Assembly: GCF_963676685.1 (NCBI RefSeq)
Contig: NC_092344.1
Coordinates: forward strand, 32,054,001-32,118,000
DNA: 64,000 nucleotides
Reading direction: 5' to 3'
Source of the DNA: Mytilus edulis
Lineage: Eukaryota
The position numbers and the translations under genes are program-made. The stretch's first letter is position 1, and each line of letters opens with the position of its first letter. The notes under the pieces are model-generated. The model saw only the letters and a list, made by a program, of their open reading frames with translations. It was not told where the DNA came from and made no database searches. This document shows positions 12,014 to 26,027 of the stretch, piece after piece.

Positions 12014-12747
12014 ATACAATTACGATACTGTTGTCAAGTCATTAAAGATTGCATATTTTGGCGTTAATATTGAGTCACTGATAAGGTCTTTGCATCGGAA
12101 CTAAACACATTTATTCTAAAATACAGTTGTTGGCATGACACGGGTTATGTTCTTCTCATATATGTTATGATGGTATGATACTAAACCCCTAACGGGAAGG
12201 ATTGTGCCTGATGTTCATATGATGAAATCATAATCTTTCAGTCAGTTTAATTGAAGTCTGGAGCTGGCATGTCAGTTAACAGCTAGTAGTCTGTTGTTAT
12301 TTATGTATTATTGTCATTTTGTTTATTTTCTTTGGTTACATCTTCTGACATCAGACTCGGATTTCTCTTGAACTGAATTTTAATGTGCGTATTGTTATGC
12401 GTTTACTTTACTACATTGGTTAGAGGTATAGGGGGAGGGTTGAGATCTCACAAACATGTTTAACCCCGCCGCATTTTTGCGCCTGTCCCAAGTCAGGAGC
12501 CTCTGGCCTTTGTTAGTCTTGTATTATTTTAATTTTAGTTTCTTGTGTACAATTTGGAAATTAGTATGGCGTTCATTATCACTGGACTAGTATATATTTG
12601 TTTAGGGGCCAGCTGAAGAACGCCTCCGGGTGCGGGAATTTCTCGCTACATTGAAGACCTGTTGGTGACCCTCTGCTGTTGTTGTTTTTTATTTGGTCGG
12701 GTTGTTGTCTCTTTGACACATTCCCCATTTCCATTCTCAATTTTATA
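12014..12747 (+). mobile_element. Second, more 5'-truncated copy of the same Penelope-like element
   Basis: Near-identical reverse complement of 5852-6580. Confidence 0.85.
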
Positions 12748-14594
12748 CGAACAATTCAGCACTAACACATTTAGAACTTTCATTTCTTTGAACAGCACTG
12801 CACTATTTTTTAAATATAACTTCAAAAAATATTAAACTATGTTTACCAATACTCATTTTTCCAGTAATTGAACTTAAAACCATACTCCTTCTGGAGTTAC
12901 GATGAGCTTTGAGTTTTTAATCAAATGATGATCTCCGAGGAAAATTCAAAACGGAAAGTCACTTATCAAATGGAAAAACTAAAAGATAAAACACATCAAA
13001 CAAATGCATAAATACTGTCATATTTCTGACTTGTATTATAGAAAAAAGTAAAATCACAAAAATACTGAACTTAGAGGAAGATCAATTGGGAAAGTCCATA
13101 ATCACATGGCAAAATCAAATAACAAAAAATGAACCTTTGCGGATTGAATAAAATAGCATTTCACAGCAATGACATTGTTTTATTATCAACATTTATTTCT
13201 TTCGTTAAGAGTTCAAACATATATCAGATATGACTAGCATTTTCACCTCCAACACTAGTCAATCAACAACACAAAAATACAAATGGATTCTTGAATGCGA
13301 CAACCAATGCTTAATTGTATATTATCTGTATATTTTTCGTCATGCAGAACGGAGAATGCAATGCATTGTTTTAACTAGTGTCCTTGGCATAGACGCAATC
13401 ATCGTCATCATCATTCGAGATTATGTAATCATCATTCAAGATTATGTACTCGTCATGATATCTTTATTAATGAATTTATTCCATTATTACAGAAGTCTTA
13501 AGTATACACCATAACCACACGAAACTATTTAAGAAACCGTTTTTGTAAAAACAAATATTTTCAGAGACCTCATGTTACTGATACGTACTCTTACCTTTAC
13601 AAACTACAAATAGGATCTCGTGTATTGCTTATTACATACGTTCGGGACCATTTACACATGTTACACGAGTAAATGAATTTGAGTCTTAAACGGTTATATT
13701 GATCTTCACATCATCTTGTAAGCATAAACAATAGATTAATTAGTCATATTTTATCAGTCTTTGGTCAATTTTAAAACTTACATTGTATTTACTGCGGTAA
13801 ATTCAATACTGTTCAGACAACTCGATTGTGGTCAAATCAGGAATGAAATATTTTGGACAAATGTGACAATAACAATTTGACTTTTTAGTGTATAATAGAA
13901 TATATATCTCCCAAGCGATAAATTTGTTTAGATCTAGTGTTTCCTCTGTAGATGACAGCTGCTAACAAGATATCTATTACATCAAGAGTTTCAAAATTTT
14001 GAACTCAAATTATCCCTTTGAACTTTTAACGTACACCATAATGTTTACGTTGACCGTTATGGACTACACATGTCACACATTACCTCGGAAATATTCCATT
14101 TTTCCCAATCATGTCATATTTTGTACGAGTGGGAATTATAAACGGAATATATACTACTCATCATCAAATTTTTAAATAGTTTAAGTAACACGACGGTTAA
14201 CACAAGTCTAGCATGAACTGCGTATCTTCACAAAGCTCCTGAATCGCCCCTGGTTTTCATTTAAATGGTTTGTTGTTGCATTTGTAATGTAGGTGTACTC
14301 ACGGTGCATACAATCCATGAAGACTTTGATTAAGACAAGAGTCAATCCGTAGTTGCATGGAATGTGATCGCGTTGTTTGACCTATAAATATATCTATTCA
14401 CGAACAAAACGACAGTTGTCTCAAGATTTGAACATGCATGAAAAATTTGCCAAATGCCGCTAAAACACTAATCTGTAAAAACGAAAAGGCTATTGAACTC
14501 ACTGTACTGAAATCGGAGCTATGTAAATGTGATTTAAATAAAATCTGTGCAATATCCACATATAGTTAATAAATAAAACATATTATCAAATTTA

Positions 14595-14900
14595 TTCGGT
14601 AATAACTGTCCTTTATTGGATTTAGATATTTCGGTTTTAAACGGGAAACTCCACACTAAAATTTACGACAAAAGAGACGATTTTTCGTTCCCTATTGTTA
14701 ATTTTCCATTTTTAGATGGTGATGTTCCTTTGACACCATCTTACGGTGTTTATATTTCACAACTTGTTTGCTATGCCCGTGTCTGTTGTGACGTTTTTGA
14801 TTTAAACGAACGCAACCTATGTATTACTGGTAAATTGTTAAACCAGTGATATCGTTACCATAAATTACTTAAAACCTTTACTTAATTTTTCCATAGATAA
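14595..14900 (+). pseudogene. Penelope-like reverse transcriptase fragment with stop codons
   Basis: LDLDI...TKIYDKRDDFSFPIVNFPFLDGDVP..PSYGVYISQL..YARVC, then in-frame TGA/TAA. Confidence 0.85.
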
Positions 14901-15999
14901 CCAATTTTTTTTGCTAATTGAAAATTAAGCGGAATAAAAAAATTTAAGACAGCAGAGAAGATAATTCTGTTTTAATTGGTTTACTAACATAGATGTATTA
15001 CATCTATGTTATTACTAACCGACTTAAATAAAAGAGTGAGCTATTAATACTCTGAATGTATAATGTCTCTAGTCTGGTCAAAGGGTCAGAGTGTCCTACT
15101 TAATTAAACTATAAATTGTAGAAATTAGATAACATGTTTCCACGTGCAGAGAAATTTCACTTATGACCAATGCATGATTGGATTTCATCTTTCTTATTGG
15201 TCAATGATCTTGCGGGTCAGCACGAGTTCACGTGTAAGTGCATTATGGTCACTTCCTTTTATCATCAGCATTTGATGTGTTAAATTGTGATTCTTATCAA
15301 ACAATTTGTTCAAAATTATATGTGATTTTGTTTTTTGTTTTATTGATAATTTTGGACTGGAGTGATTTCATTTTAGCTATTTCAGGTATAATCGAACTAT
15401 ACTTTTATTTTTAAGCTATTCTATGTTTACATTTTGAACAAACGTACAGTTAATTTTTTTTAACCATTCTTCCATTCGGATATATAGAACTCACGATTTA
15501 GATTAATGTCAAACATGAGCAGTTGGTCAAATTCATTTCTTTGTCAAAGAGAAAGTGGGTCAAATTGATTTTTATGTGGGTGGCGACACTGTGCGTTTGC
15601 GATCAAAATGTAATTATTTATCATTTATCTGATGATTAACCTGATGCTGTAATTTTACAAGTTACTGAATCCTTCACAGCATCATTATGTTTGCAGAACG
15701 TATATCCGCCTTATGTATTTGATACATGATTCGTTTGCATTTATTAAACTACAATTAAAAATTGGATTATTGCATAACGATAATAATACCATACATGATA
15801 GAATGCAAAGTTATACACTTATAATTTATACGATGTTGATAATGATTCCATACATTTTAAGTACTCTTATATGAAAGAGCAAGACAGTTTAAGTTTTAAT
15901 GCTAAGCTATTGTCATTGTGTTACAAACCCATTTGCCTTACTTGTTTGGGTAAGGTTGACGATATTTCAATTGGTGCAGTGAACTTGACTGCGTGTACG

Positions 16000-16435
16000 G
16001 ATGACCTCTGTGTATGTGCTGTTTCAATTACGTTTTATGCAGAGTTCATTGTTCTATGCTATGTCACGAGGTTGTGGTAGCTTGGTCTATGACCTCTGTG
16101 TATTTACTTTTGCAAATATTGTAGTATGTAGTGGGTATTGTTTTATGCTTCGTCATGAAACTCATGCTGCTTTGGTTTTGCAGAGGTCGTAGTAGATTGG
16201 TCTATGATCTCTGCATTGTTTTATGCTTCGTCATGAAACTCATGCTACTCTTTCAGAGGTCGTAGTAGCTTGTTCTATGACCTCTGTGTATTTGCTTTTG
16301 TAAAGTTAATCTGTAGTGGGTTTTGTTTTATGCTTCGTCATGAAACGCATGTTATATTTTTGCAGAGGTCGTAGTAGCTTGGTCTATGATCTCTGTATTG
16401 TTTTATGCTTCGTCATGAAACTAATGCTAAACTAC
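16000..16435 (+). repeat. Imperfect tandem repeat with alternating long and short units
   Basis: ttttatgcttcgtcatgaaac occurs 4 times; gaggtcgtagtag.ttggtctatga.ctctg recurs. Confidence 0.85.
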
Positions 16436-17495
16436 TTTTAATTATTATTTCGTCATGGTGATTGGTTTGGAATAAATTAATTTTGTAATCAATTCTTTAG
16501 CTAAATACAAAATTGCCAGTATTTTGAGACATGTAGCCAGATTTACATGTTTTTCAGTTTGTAATACATGTTTTTAATGTATTATTTTATTCATCTTTAC
16601 TAGTATAATTCATGTACATGATATAGTTTGGGATGCGAGTAACGTTATTGATAATTTTTATGCCGATACTTATGCACTGTAAGGTCGTTGCTTTTTTCTA
16701 TACACTCGATTTATTAATAAAAATAACATTGGACAAGACATATATATATACTGATGATATTTTAAAGTTCATACTCTTCATTTAATACATGATAAAAACA
16801 TCTTTTCTGTTTAATGGTTGATTATTAAAGAAGCGCAACTATGATAATTTAATTATCGCATATTATTCCTTAACATGTGTTATGTTTGTGGTCCTTATGT
16901 AAGATCAAGTTTGTTTTTTAATAGGAATTTAATTTTCTCCATTATTTATATTCTTATTTTGTTTATTTCATGCTTTAACTATGGACAAAGAGCGCTCAGT
17001 ATGGCAAATATTGATGGGTTGCTGTTTCACTGACATTAATGACACATACCTAATTTCGAGATTAGAATTTTGATCCACAAGTGCGAGTCGTATCAACATG
17101 ACTAACCGAAGCCTAATCTGACTGTTTTACAAATTTACAAAATACGACTTCGATCAGCATTTTGATACACAACTGGACCCAAGTTACAATGAAAGATCAA
17201 AGCACCTATTGTTATTCCATCATCTCTTTAAAGTTGACTATGTCGTTAATTGTCAAGGACTCTCGTAACTAAAATACAGCACTTAGTTTTAGAGGAAGGA
17301 AAATAAATCAAATAAAGACTTCTGCCGCAGTTCTTGGATGGAATGGTCCTAATAATATCCGTGATTCAAGGATTGAAGGCATATGCGTTTATGGATTTTT
17401 ACAGCTTAAAAGAACAAATTTAATATCAGAACTTTATACTTCAGCTGTTGCGGGTCAGTATTACCCGACAAAACATTTATGATCTTTATTGCATA

Positions 17496-19187
17496 CACTA
17501 CAAACCATTAAAAGTCTGAAATGACCTATATCTGTACTCGACTGTACTGATTTTTACTCGACCAGTCTGCATTCTTTTGAGATTTACTTGATAATACTCG
17601 ACTGTAGTCTGAACCATACTTAACAGTTTGAATGTGTACTTGACCAGTACTTAACCATTTTATACCAGTCTGAACCGTACTCGACCTAGTCTGAACCGTA
17701 CTCGACCTATTCTGAACCGTACTCGACCTAGTCTGAACCATACTCGACCTAGTCTGAACCATACTCGACCAAGTCTTAACCAACCTAGACCTATTCTCTA
17801 TACTATTCTCTATATTCTCTATCTATCAACTGAATTTTATCAATTTAGGAATTATTTTAATAAAAAAGAAATTTGAACAAAAACTTGAAATTTAAAATGT
17901 ATTCAATACAGTATTGAAATTAAAATTTCACAATAATCAATCATAATATAACTTCAACTAAATATTAATCAACACTTACATAATAATATATATCAACTTT
18001 TAGAATATAAATAAAACAAGCTGATCAAATAATCTAAAAAAATGAATTGTGATTAATATTTTCAATATTATTCAAAATTTTATGAATATTTCGGAAGTAT
18101 TTTATGGTAACTGGACTATTTTCACTATTAACTTAAGCCTAGTATAGATTTATGGTGTCAGTTGAGTTCAGGTAATAATGCAGTGAATGTTTTTTTTTAT
18201 TAAGATAATTATTATAAAATAGTATATAAAACAACTTAATAAATTATAAAAAGATGAGAGCTTAATTGTTTTGTTTTATTAAACCAAGAATTTAATATAA
18301 TCATGATAATAGAATTTCCATAGCATTCTTGATAACCTTTTTAAAAAAGGAAATGTATTCCAAAGTAACAGTAAAAAATATTTTCAATTAATTTAAGTAT
18401 TTTTTGTCAAATTAACATGGCATACATAAAGCACTTTAATATGTTCTAATTACCTCAGTACAGGTGTGTTTTAAGGTAAAAAGAAAGCCCTACTTTCTTA
18501 GATTCGTGTATTACTTATCTAGTACATACATGTATATTCGAAAGGCCTTGTTATTTAATTTAAACAGGATGTTGCAATTTTGAATCAATGTTATTTAGAA
18601 TTTAATACCTCTGACCAGGTGTGATCTTATGTATGAGTTTGCCCCCAAGCAGAGGTTATACTTTATATTTCACCACTAATTAGAAAAACAATTCTATTTA
18701 TTTATTTAATTTTATCCCTTTTTGATATAAGTTATATATAATATATTTGTTTCTATCCTAAATATAATCAGAGATATATTTCTTTTATAAGGTTAACATT
18801 CTTTATAAATTTTGTTGGCTGTTGTTATATATGTCAGTTAAAAAGAAATTTATTTTAACAGTTAAAAAAGTAGAGGTTTTTTGGTATAGTATGGTTCAGA
18901 CTGGTCGAGTATTGTTCAGACCTTTGGTTAAGTATGGTTTAGGCTGGAAAAATAGGTCGAGTACATGTCGAGAATGGGTTAAGACTGTTTCAGACTAGTC
19001 GAGTAATAGTTCGGACTATTTTCAACGGCAAAGATAAGGGTCAAGTACGATTCAGTACAGTCAAGTATGGTTCAGACTGGGGTCGAGTAATGTCAAGTAA
19101 AAGTCAGACCAATTCAGACTGGTCGAGTAAAAATCAGTACAGTCGAGTACAGATATAGGCCATTTCAAAATTTAATGGTTTGTAGTG
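17496..19187. mobile_element. Non-autonomous CACTA (EnSpm) element, 1692 bp
   Basis: ATA|CACTACAAACCATTAAA ... TTTAATGGTTTGTAGTG|ATA: 3-bp TSD, about 75-bp TIR, and subterminal 21-bp repeats (agtctgaaccgtactcgacct) inverted at the two ends. Confidence 0.9.
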
Positions 19188-19190
19188 ATA

Positions 19191-19590
19191 CAATAACAAC
19201 TGTCTTGTTTTGGGTCAGCATTGCCTGCCAAAACATTTTATGATTTTTTATTTCTAATAATTACAACTGTCTTGTTTTTGGGCCAGCATTGCCTGCCAAA
19301 ACATTTTATGATTTTTATTTCTTATAATTACAACTGTCTTGTTTTGGGTCAGCATTGCCTGCCAAAACATTTTATGATTTTTATTTCTTATAATTACAAC
19401 TGTCTTGTTTTGGGTCAGCATTGCCTGCCAAAACGTTTTATGATCTTTATTTCAAATAATTACACCTGTCCTGTTATGGGTCAGCATTGCCTGCAAAACG
19501 GTTATTATCTTTATTTCACACATTTTCGCTGTATCTTGTTTTGGGTCAGTATTGCCTGCTAAAACGTTTAGGATCTTTATTTAATACGAT
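19191..19590 (+). repeat. Minisatellite, 66-67 bp unit, about 6 copies (first unit begins at ~17445, split by the CACTA element)
   Basis: aactgtcttgttttgggtcagcattgcctgccaaaac recurs at 19198, 19265, 19332, 19398 and beyond; produces the 22-aa repeat ORF 19221. Confidence 0.9.
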
Positions 19591-22500
19591 TGTGTCTTTA
19601 TTGCCGTCATCCTGTCGGTGCTGTCTTTACACATTGTTCAGACTGTCAATGCGATCATTCGATAGGCTACCTTTAAATTGTGTTTTAATTTTATGGCCTG
19701 TTTGTATTCATGCATTGTTCGTAAATCATGATATGGTTTTTAATGTTGCCTATCTAATTCATATTAATTATTCAAATTATATATATAAAAAGACTTGATG
19801 GTTTATTCCATTGTTGTACTAAATGCTATGGTCTTTAGAGGTAAATCCATCACAAACCAAAGTTTTATATTTAACTTGACTGGTTATTATTTACTAAATT
19901 GTTTTTTTCCTTTCTTTTCTTTTGGCATGTTTGGTTTAATGTTTAACGTATGTGTCAAAAGCTATAAATATTTTCTCGGTTAAACTTACATCTTTTAACT
20001 TTCATCGCAATTAAGGTACAGTTTAATTATATGAAACAATATTATATTTTTCATTTTACAACTTTATTTACTACCATACAATATAAACCTTTTAAATGTA
20101 TAACGAAAATTATTTCTATAGTCTCTATCAATTCGGATCACAACAAATACAACTGAGAGTTTCGTTGGTATATATGTTACATTTTGTTTATCGTTCATTT
20201 TTTATATGCATACGGCCGTTTATTTTCTCGTTTAAATTGTTTTACATGGTCATCTTGGGGCCTTTTAAAGCTGACTGTGCGATATGGGCTTTGTTCATTG
20301 TTGAAGGCCGTGCGGAGACCTATAGTTGTTAATTTCTGTGTCATTTGGGTTTCCTGTGGTGAACTGTCTCATTGGCAATCATACCACATCTTCTTTTTTA
20401 TATTTATACAATTTCGATTGAAAAATGTCAAGTGTAGTATGAGAATCATTTGCTCATGATTCCATACAGAAATAGTCAGATACAAAGCTTCGTTTTAGAA
20501 AGGATCCAGGGCTTCGTAAAATGTACTTTAGTTTTGTTTGAATTTTTTAGATTAAATTTTAGGATACAGTTTCGATTAATTAATGTACTAGTTGTTTGTA
20601 CTAAATTATATAGAGGATTTTATTCTTAAATGTCTGGATGTACGAAGAAATATGAATTCTGGAACATACTTAACGACGATTCTATTGTAATTTTATTGCT
20701 GTGATCCTGACCGGAATAAAATTTACACCTTTAATCACTTTTTACCAGTAAGAGAAAATTGAAAAGTAATATCTTGGTATATGTTATTATAAAGTTTTAA
20801 TATTTCTGCTAAATGTGGAAACGTTTTACATAATAAAATGATATTTGTTTGGTGAACATGTATGTGACTGTCATGCTTGTAAATTTTTTCAAGACATCAA
20901 AAATTATTTCAGGATAAAAAAAACTTTATTCAAATAGTTTGGGGTGGGGTCAAAATTGCTGCAACTTTTGTTCAATGGACATCAATTTTATATTTGACTT
21001 TTACAAAACATTTCTCCCCTGTAACTCTTTGTCAAAATTTTACCAAACTTGGCTACAATCATAATTGGGGCATCTTGTTTAAAAAATGTGTCCGATGACC
21101 CCATCTGACAGCCAAGATGGTCGACATGGCTAAACATAGAACATTGGAGTAAAATGCAGTTTTTGGCTTATACATATAAAAGGAAAGCTTTTATGGTTTA
21201 ATAGAATATATATCTGCCAAGCGATATATTTGTTTAGGTCTAATATTTCCTCGGTAGATGGCTGCTGCTTACAAGATATATATTACATTAAGAGTTTCTA
21301 ATAGTTGAGCTGAAATTATCCCTTTGAAGTTTTTACGGACACCATAATATTTATAGAACATATTAGTCACAGATTACCTCGGATATGTTCCATTTTTCAC
21401 AATCATGTCATATTTTTTTAACGATTGGGTGTATTAAACAGAATACTACTCATCACCAATTTTTTTATAAACTTCACTTAAATATTAAGAGCAAATCCGC
21501 CAGAAAACCATGCAATATTCAGAAAATCGACCAAATCGACAATCACAACTTGACAAATTTTTATACATCATCTTAATCCTTGACAAAAAATAAAAGACTT
21601 ATTTTTTCCCAGAATCCTATCTATTTTTAGTAACAGCCTCATTTGCATAATTCTCTAAATTAATAATGAAACCAAGGAAAAATCCAACGTTTTTATACCT
21701 TTTAAGAATTACCTAGCAGCATATTAAATGGAGTAGTTGAGTTTTTAGAGTAATGTAAGCTAGAACCCATCCATTTTACTATGTTATGGTCAATACAAAT
21801 GAAAATTTAAACAATTTGGCACATTGCCAGTAGCACGGACACAAAAACGGGATTTTTCATACATGAATTTACATGGTTTTTATTTCCTTCTAACTTGCAA
21901 GATCCATTCCAGATATGTTTGCAACCTAAAACGGTTTTAATTTTAGGGTATTTTTTTTATATTAAAACAAAAAATTAAGCTTGGCAAATGACTATTACAT
22001 ATTAATTCATGCCTTGGAAGAGTGGTGATTTTAGTCCAGAATTGACACATTTTGATTTTTATATTAATTAAATTCTAAACACAATTAGTAATAAAATGGC
22101 TCATAAAATCATTTAAAATGTAAAATAAATTTGTATAAAGAATGAAATAAGACTTTTTTGTACTGCAAGTGCAAAAATCAATAAATTGTCTGAAACCAGG
22201 GAGTACATCTTTTATGCTCTTCCATTGACTTATCTCCCTTGGGCAACATGTCAGCTCCCAGTGATGGTTTGGCAGACAAATGTTTACAATGAAGTTTGTG
22301 ACTTGAATTATCTAGGAGGAGCATGTTGGCTATTCCATCATTATACAACTACATATAACAAAGTATTTAAGATATCTGAATGCACTAAAGACTAAATAGC
22401 ATAACAACTGCCAAGAAATTTGACAATAATAAAAATAATTTACCAGACAATAATTTAGTGAATAAACATGATAAATATTGATTGGAAAAAACAAGCCAAT

Positions 22501-23317
22501 GAACTGCAAAAGGTGTTCTTAGATTTCAACTAGCAAAACAAAAATATTCTAAATCATTCTTAGTAAAATAAAGTGAGCGAATGGAACCATCTTGAAGACA
22601 TTGCTTATGCTTGCACTAAAATGGAGATTGAGAGTGTCAAAACTGTCTGGCTTTACAAGATCTTACAACAGTCTGGTACACCAAAAATAAATCAAAGACA
22701 CTCTCTCTACCGTTGTAACACAACGGTTAACACACGTTGAGTGGAAACTGCGTATGCTCAAAAAGCACTTGAATTGCCCCTGGTTTTCTTTTAAATGGTT
22801 TGTTGTTTCATTTGTATTTTATTTTCTTAATCTTCAGTTATATCTATTTGTAACAGTTATGCCCTTGAGAACTTTGTATTTCATTTCAAACTTTTATATT
22901 CGTTCAAGTATTAGGGTTTTAAAATATACGTGTGATAATGGTGCATACAATCCATAAAGTCTATGAGTAAGACAAAAGACAGTTATCAACCCATTAGTGT
23001 ATGGGATGTTTTTGCCTTGTTTGACATATCAATATATTTCATCACGAACAGGACGACAGTTGTCACCAGATTTGAACATGCATGAACAATTTGCAAAATG
23101 TCGCTTACAAACACTAATCTTTGAAAAAGATCATTGAACTGTATAAAATTCCTCACTGTATTGAAATCGGAGCTATGTAAATGTATTTTAATAAAACCCG
23201 TACAATTTCCACATATATTTCATAAATCTGAAGTGATTTAGATCGCTAGTAGTGGTAATTGCATTATGTAATTTATTCATTGTCTTTTGATGTCTTATTT
23301 TGATTATTAAACATCAA

Positions 23318-23453
23318 GAAAATTCCCACTGTATTTTTAGATTCTGCGTCAAAGGAACTTTTCAAATCGATGTGTGATTAATGTAATAATAAAACGAAAG
23401 TAGACTATATACTTATTATTGAAAGACACGTACCTATATTCAAACAGGTAAGT
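23318..23453 (+). promoter_or_regulatory. Candidate promoter and non-coding first exon of the HEPN gene, with kappaB-like and IRF-like motifs
   Basis: GAAAATTCCC (23318), GGAACTTTTC (~23354) and AAAACGAAAGT (23391), followed by a consensus donor CAG|GTAAGT at 23447. These are short motifs in AT-rich DNA. Confidence 0.35.
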
Positions 23454-24633
23454 TGCCATTTTCATGTATCATGCTTAAAAACAAAAAGAATTTAAAGTGT
23501 TTTCGCTGCAAGTTATTAAATGATCATGTTTATTTAAAATAATGAATCAAATAAAGCTTCAATTTTGCAGCGCATTTGCAATTAACTGAATCCTGGAAAT
23601 AGTTGATATTAATGTCAGTCTGCCAGATGTCGATATGATGTATTTACGACAGAAATCTCTTTAAAAGACGACAAGATACGAGTTTTTTCTCTTCATATTT
23701 CTAACCTTATGATCAGAAGGTAAGGGATGATAATTCGAGATGATACATCTTAAAAATTCTTTTGTCGGCATACCTTATCGTGGTTGGTACATACAAATGT
23801 GTTTGACTATTAAATGGTTATGGCATATATACATCAATGTCCCCATATATGTCTCCTGTGTTTACCAACATGGACAAAAATGTATCAATGGTTAGTGCCA
23901 AGACTAGTCCAGTGACTACTTTGCCAATAAGTAAAAGGAGTAGGGGCATTAAGTCCTTGTTTTGACTGAGAAAAATAAAACATTTGATAACTATTTCAAA
24001 TTGACACATCATGTTTAGAAATGCATAGGGTCAAGAAATATAAATGAAAAACATAAAGATTTTAATCTGATGACGTCACATGTATTGTTTTCACAAAAAC
24101 GATGAAAAATACATAATTTATGCATTTTTATATCTTTACTTCCGTTGTGGAAACAACATGCACAGGCAAGAAACAAAATGATTTAACAGAAGCTTTATTA
24201 TAACATCATTTAGACGTGCATTTGATAAACCTAGAACGATTGTAGAGAATTTAACAACTCACAACCAATACTAGCAATATATGTATTTATAATCAACGAT
24301 TTTATACAAATATCACTTCCTGTTTTGTTATATATATGTCATTGGTCCTACATCGTACTTCATATTAGATGATGTTGAGTCGAAGAAAATTTTACCAGGG
24401 TAGCTTAGACACAGCGGAGTGCAAGTTCCAATAGTGTTGTAATTGTCCGGATACATTTCTCAATAGTCGTAAGCTGCTTTACTGTCCATCAAACAAAGTA
24501 AAATTGTTGAAACTTTATACAGTTTTGTCCTGTCATTGTTTTTTGGTGCTTTTATTTATTTGTGTAATGTAAAACTGAAGTCAATGTTTTACTTACAGTG
24601 GAGGTCAAGTAAAAGCCGACAAGGAACAGAAGG

Positions 24634-25174
24634 ATGGATAGTGCTAAGAAAATACATGCCACATTAGGGGTTTTTGTTCTGAGACTGTTTCCAACGATGA
24701 TACAAATGATTTTAAAAGATAATATTACACCAGGAAAACTTCACAGAATGTTTATAAACAAAACATTGAATACAGTGCTAACGGATGCCGATATTGATTT
24801 AATGAAAATGCTTCCAAATATGGATAATTTCACGATAGATATTTGCTATAAAATACTTCGGTTTGAAAATTTAATTGACGAACCTAAGTGTAAATGGGGC
24901 AATAGTCCGCATGACACAGACGTTGAAATTTCTGATGATATTCAAAGGATACTTAATTTTTCGAATGAAATTGTAAGTAAATCTTCAGAGGAAATTACAA
25001 AGATTTTTCCTACTACATTTGAGGAAAATGTAAAAAGGATAATAGAAAGAGTGGATGGATACCTAAAAGGTGATAATTGTCAACAATTATATAAGAATCT
25101 ACATATTCAGCACATAGATACATCTGAGCTCCTTGACATCCTAGAGCATTTATTACAGAAACATCCAATAACAG
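24634..25174 (+). CDS. HEPN-domain gene, coding exon 1: degenerate DZIP3-type HEPN domain 1
   Basis: Acceptor ttacag precedes 24599, ATG at 24634, donor G|gtaggg at 25174 (phase 1). Motifs FTIDICYKILR, PKCKWG..P, ISDDIQRI are typical of DZIP3/hRUL138-like HEPN; RxxxxH is replaced by SNEIVS. Confidence 0.85.
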
Positions 25175-26027
25175 GTAGGGTTAGAAGACAAATTAATGTG
25201 TCTACTGTTTTTCTGTTTGTTAGTTTATTTGTGCTTCGTAACGATTAACTGAGATAAGCAGCTTAATTTTATAATGTGCTCTTATGTTCTGATGTACCAT
25301 CATTGTCCCAGGGTAAGGGGCGGTGGACCACTCACAATCATTTTTAACTCTGCCACATTCTGTAAAACACCTGTCCCAAGTAAAGAACCTAAAATTCAAT
25401 AGATGTCTTGAGTTCATGTTTGATTTTCCGAAAATGTTTTTGTAAAAATTATAGGCCGTTACTTTTCTCGTTTGAATTGGTTATATTTTTCTCGTCGGAT
25501 CCGTCTATAGTTGAATATACGGTATAAATTTTCCCGACTGTTTCCCGACTGATGATAGCTTTAAGGTGACGTATAATTGTTTTTCTTGGTCATTTTAATC
25601 TGATTAGTTGTGATCACTGACAAAATGTTTCATTCTCTAACTCAGTATTGTCGTGTCATGTTGTTAGCTATGAAAAAAACTTTAGATAAAGTATATAAAA
25701 AAAATGTTATTAAAATATCAAAACTCTAAGGACAATGCCTACTAGCAGAAAAAACAGTCTTCGGAAACAGAGCATACGTATGCCTATATGTAATAAGTAC
25801 CAATCACATGGTTAACTGTGTGTCACTAAAAGAGACAAGTTATAATTTGCCAGAAAGAGAGAGAAGGTACTTTAGATCGATTTCAAAGGAGCCAATAGAA
25901 AAGAATAAGCATTCAGCAAGTTAAATATATATACATGCAATTGAACATTTTTTGCATATTGTATATCATTGAAGCTTTTTATTCTAACTTGTCTAAATAT
26001 ATGTTGTTTTCTTTTGCTTTTCACTAG

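Noticed and set aside
17100-17410. Possible coding remnant (SFRGRKINQIKTSAAVLGWNGP...)
   Set aside because: Short and interrupted, with no recognisable motif.
17526-17783. ORF with SSTVQTR repeats
   Set aside because: Translation of the 21-bp subterminal repeats of the CACTA element.
19221-19798. Cys/His-rich repeat ORFs
   Set aside because: Translation of the 66-bp minisatellite.
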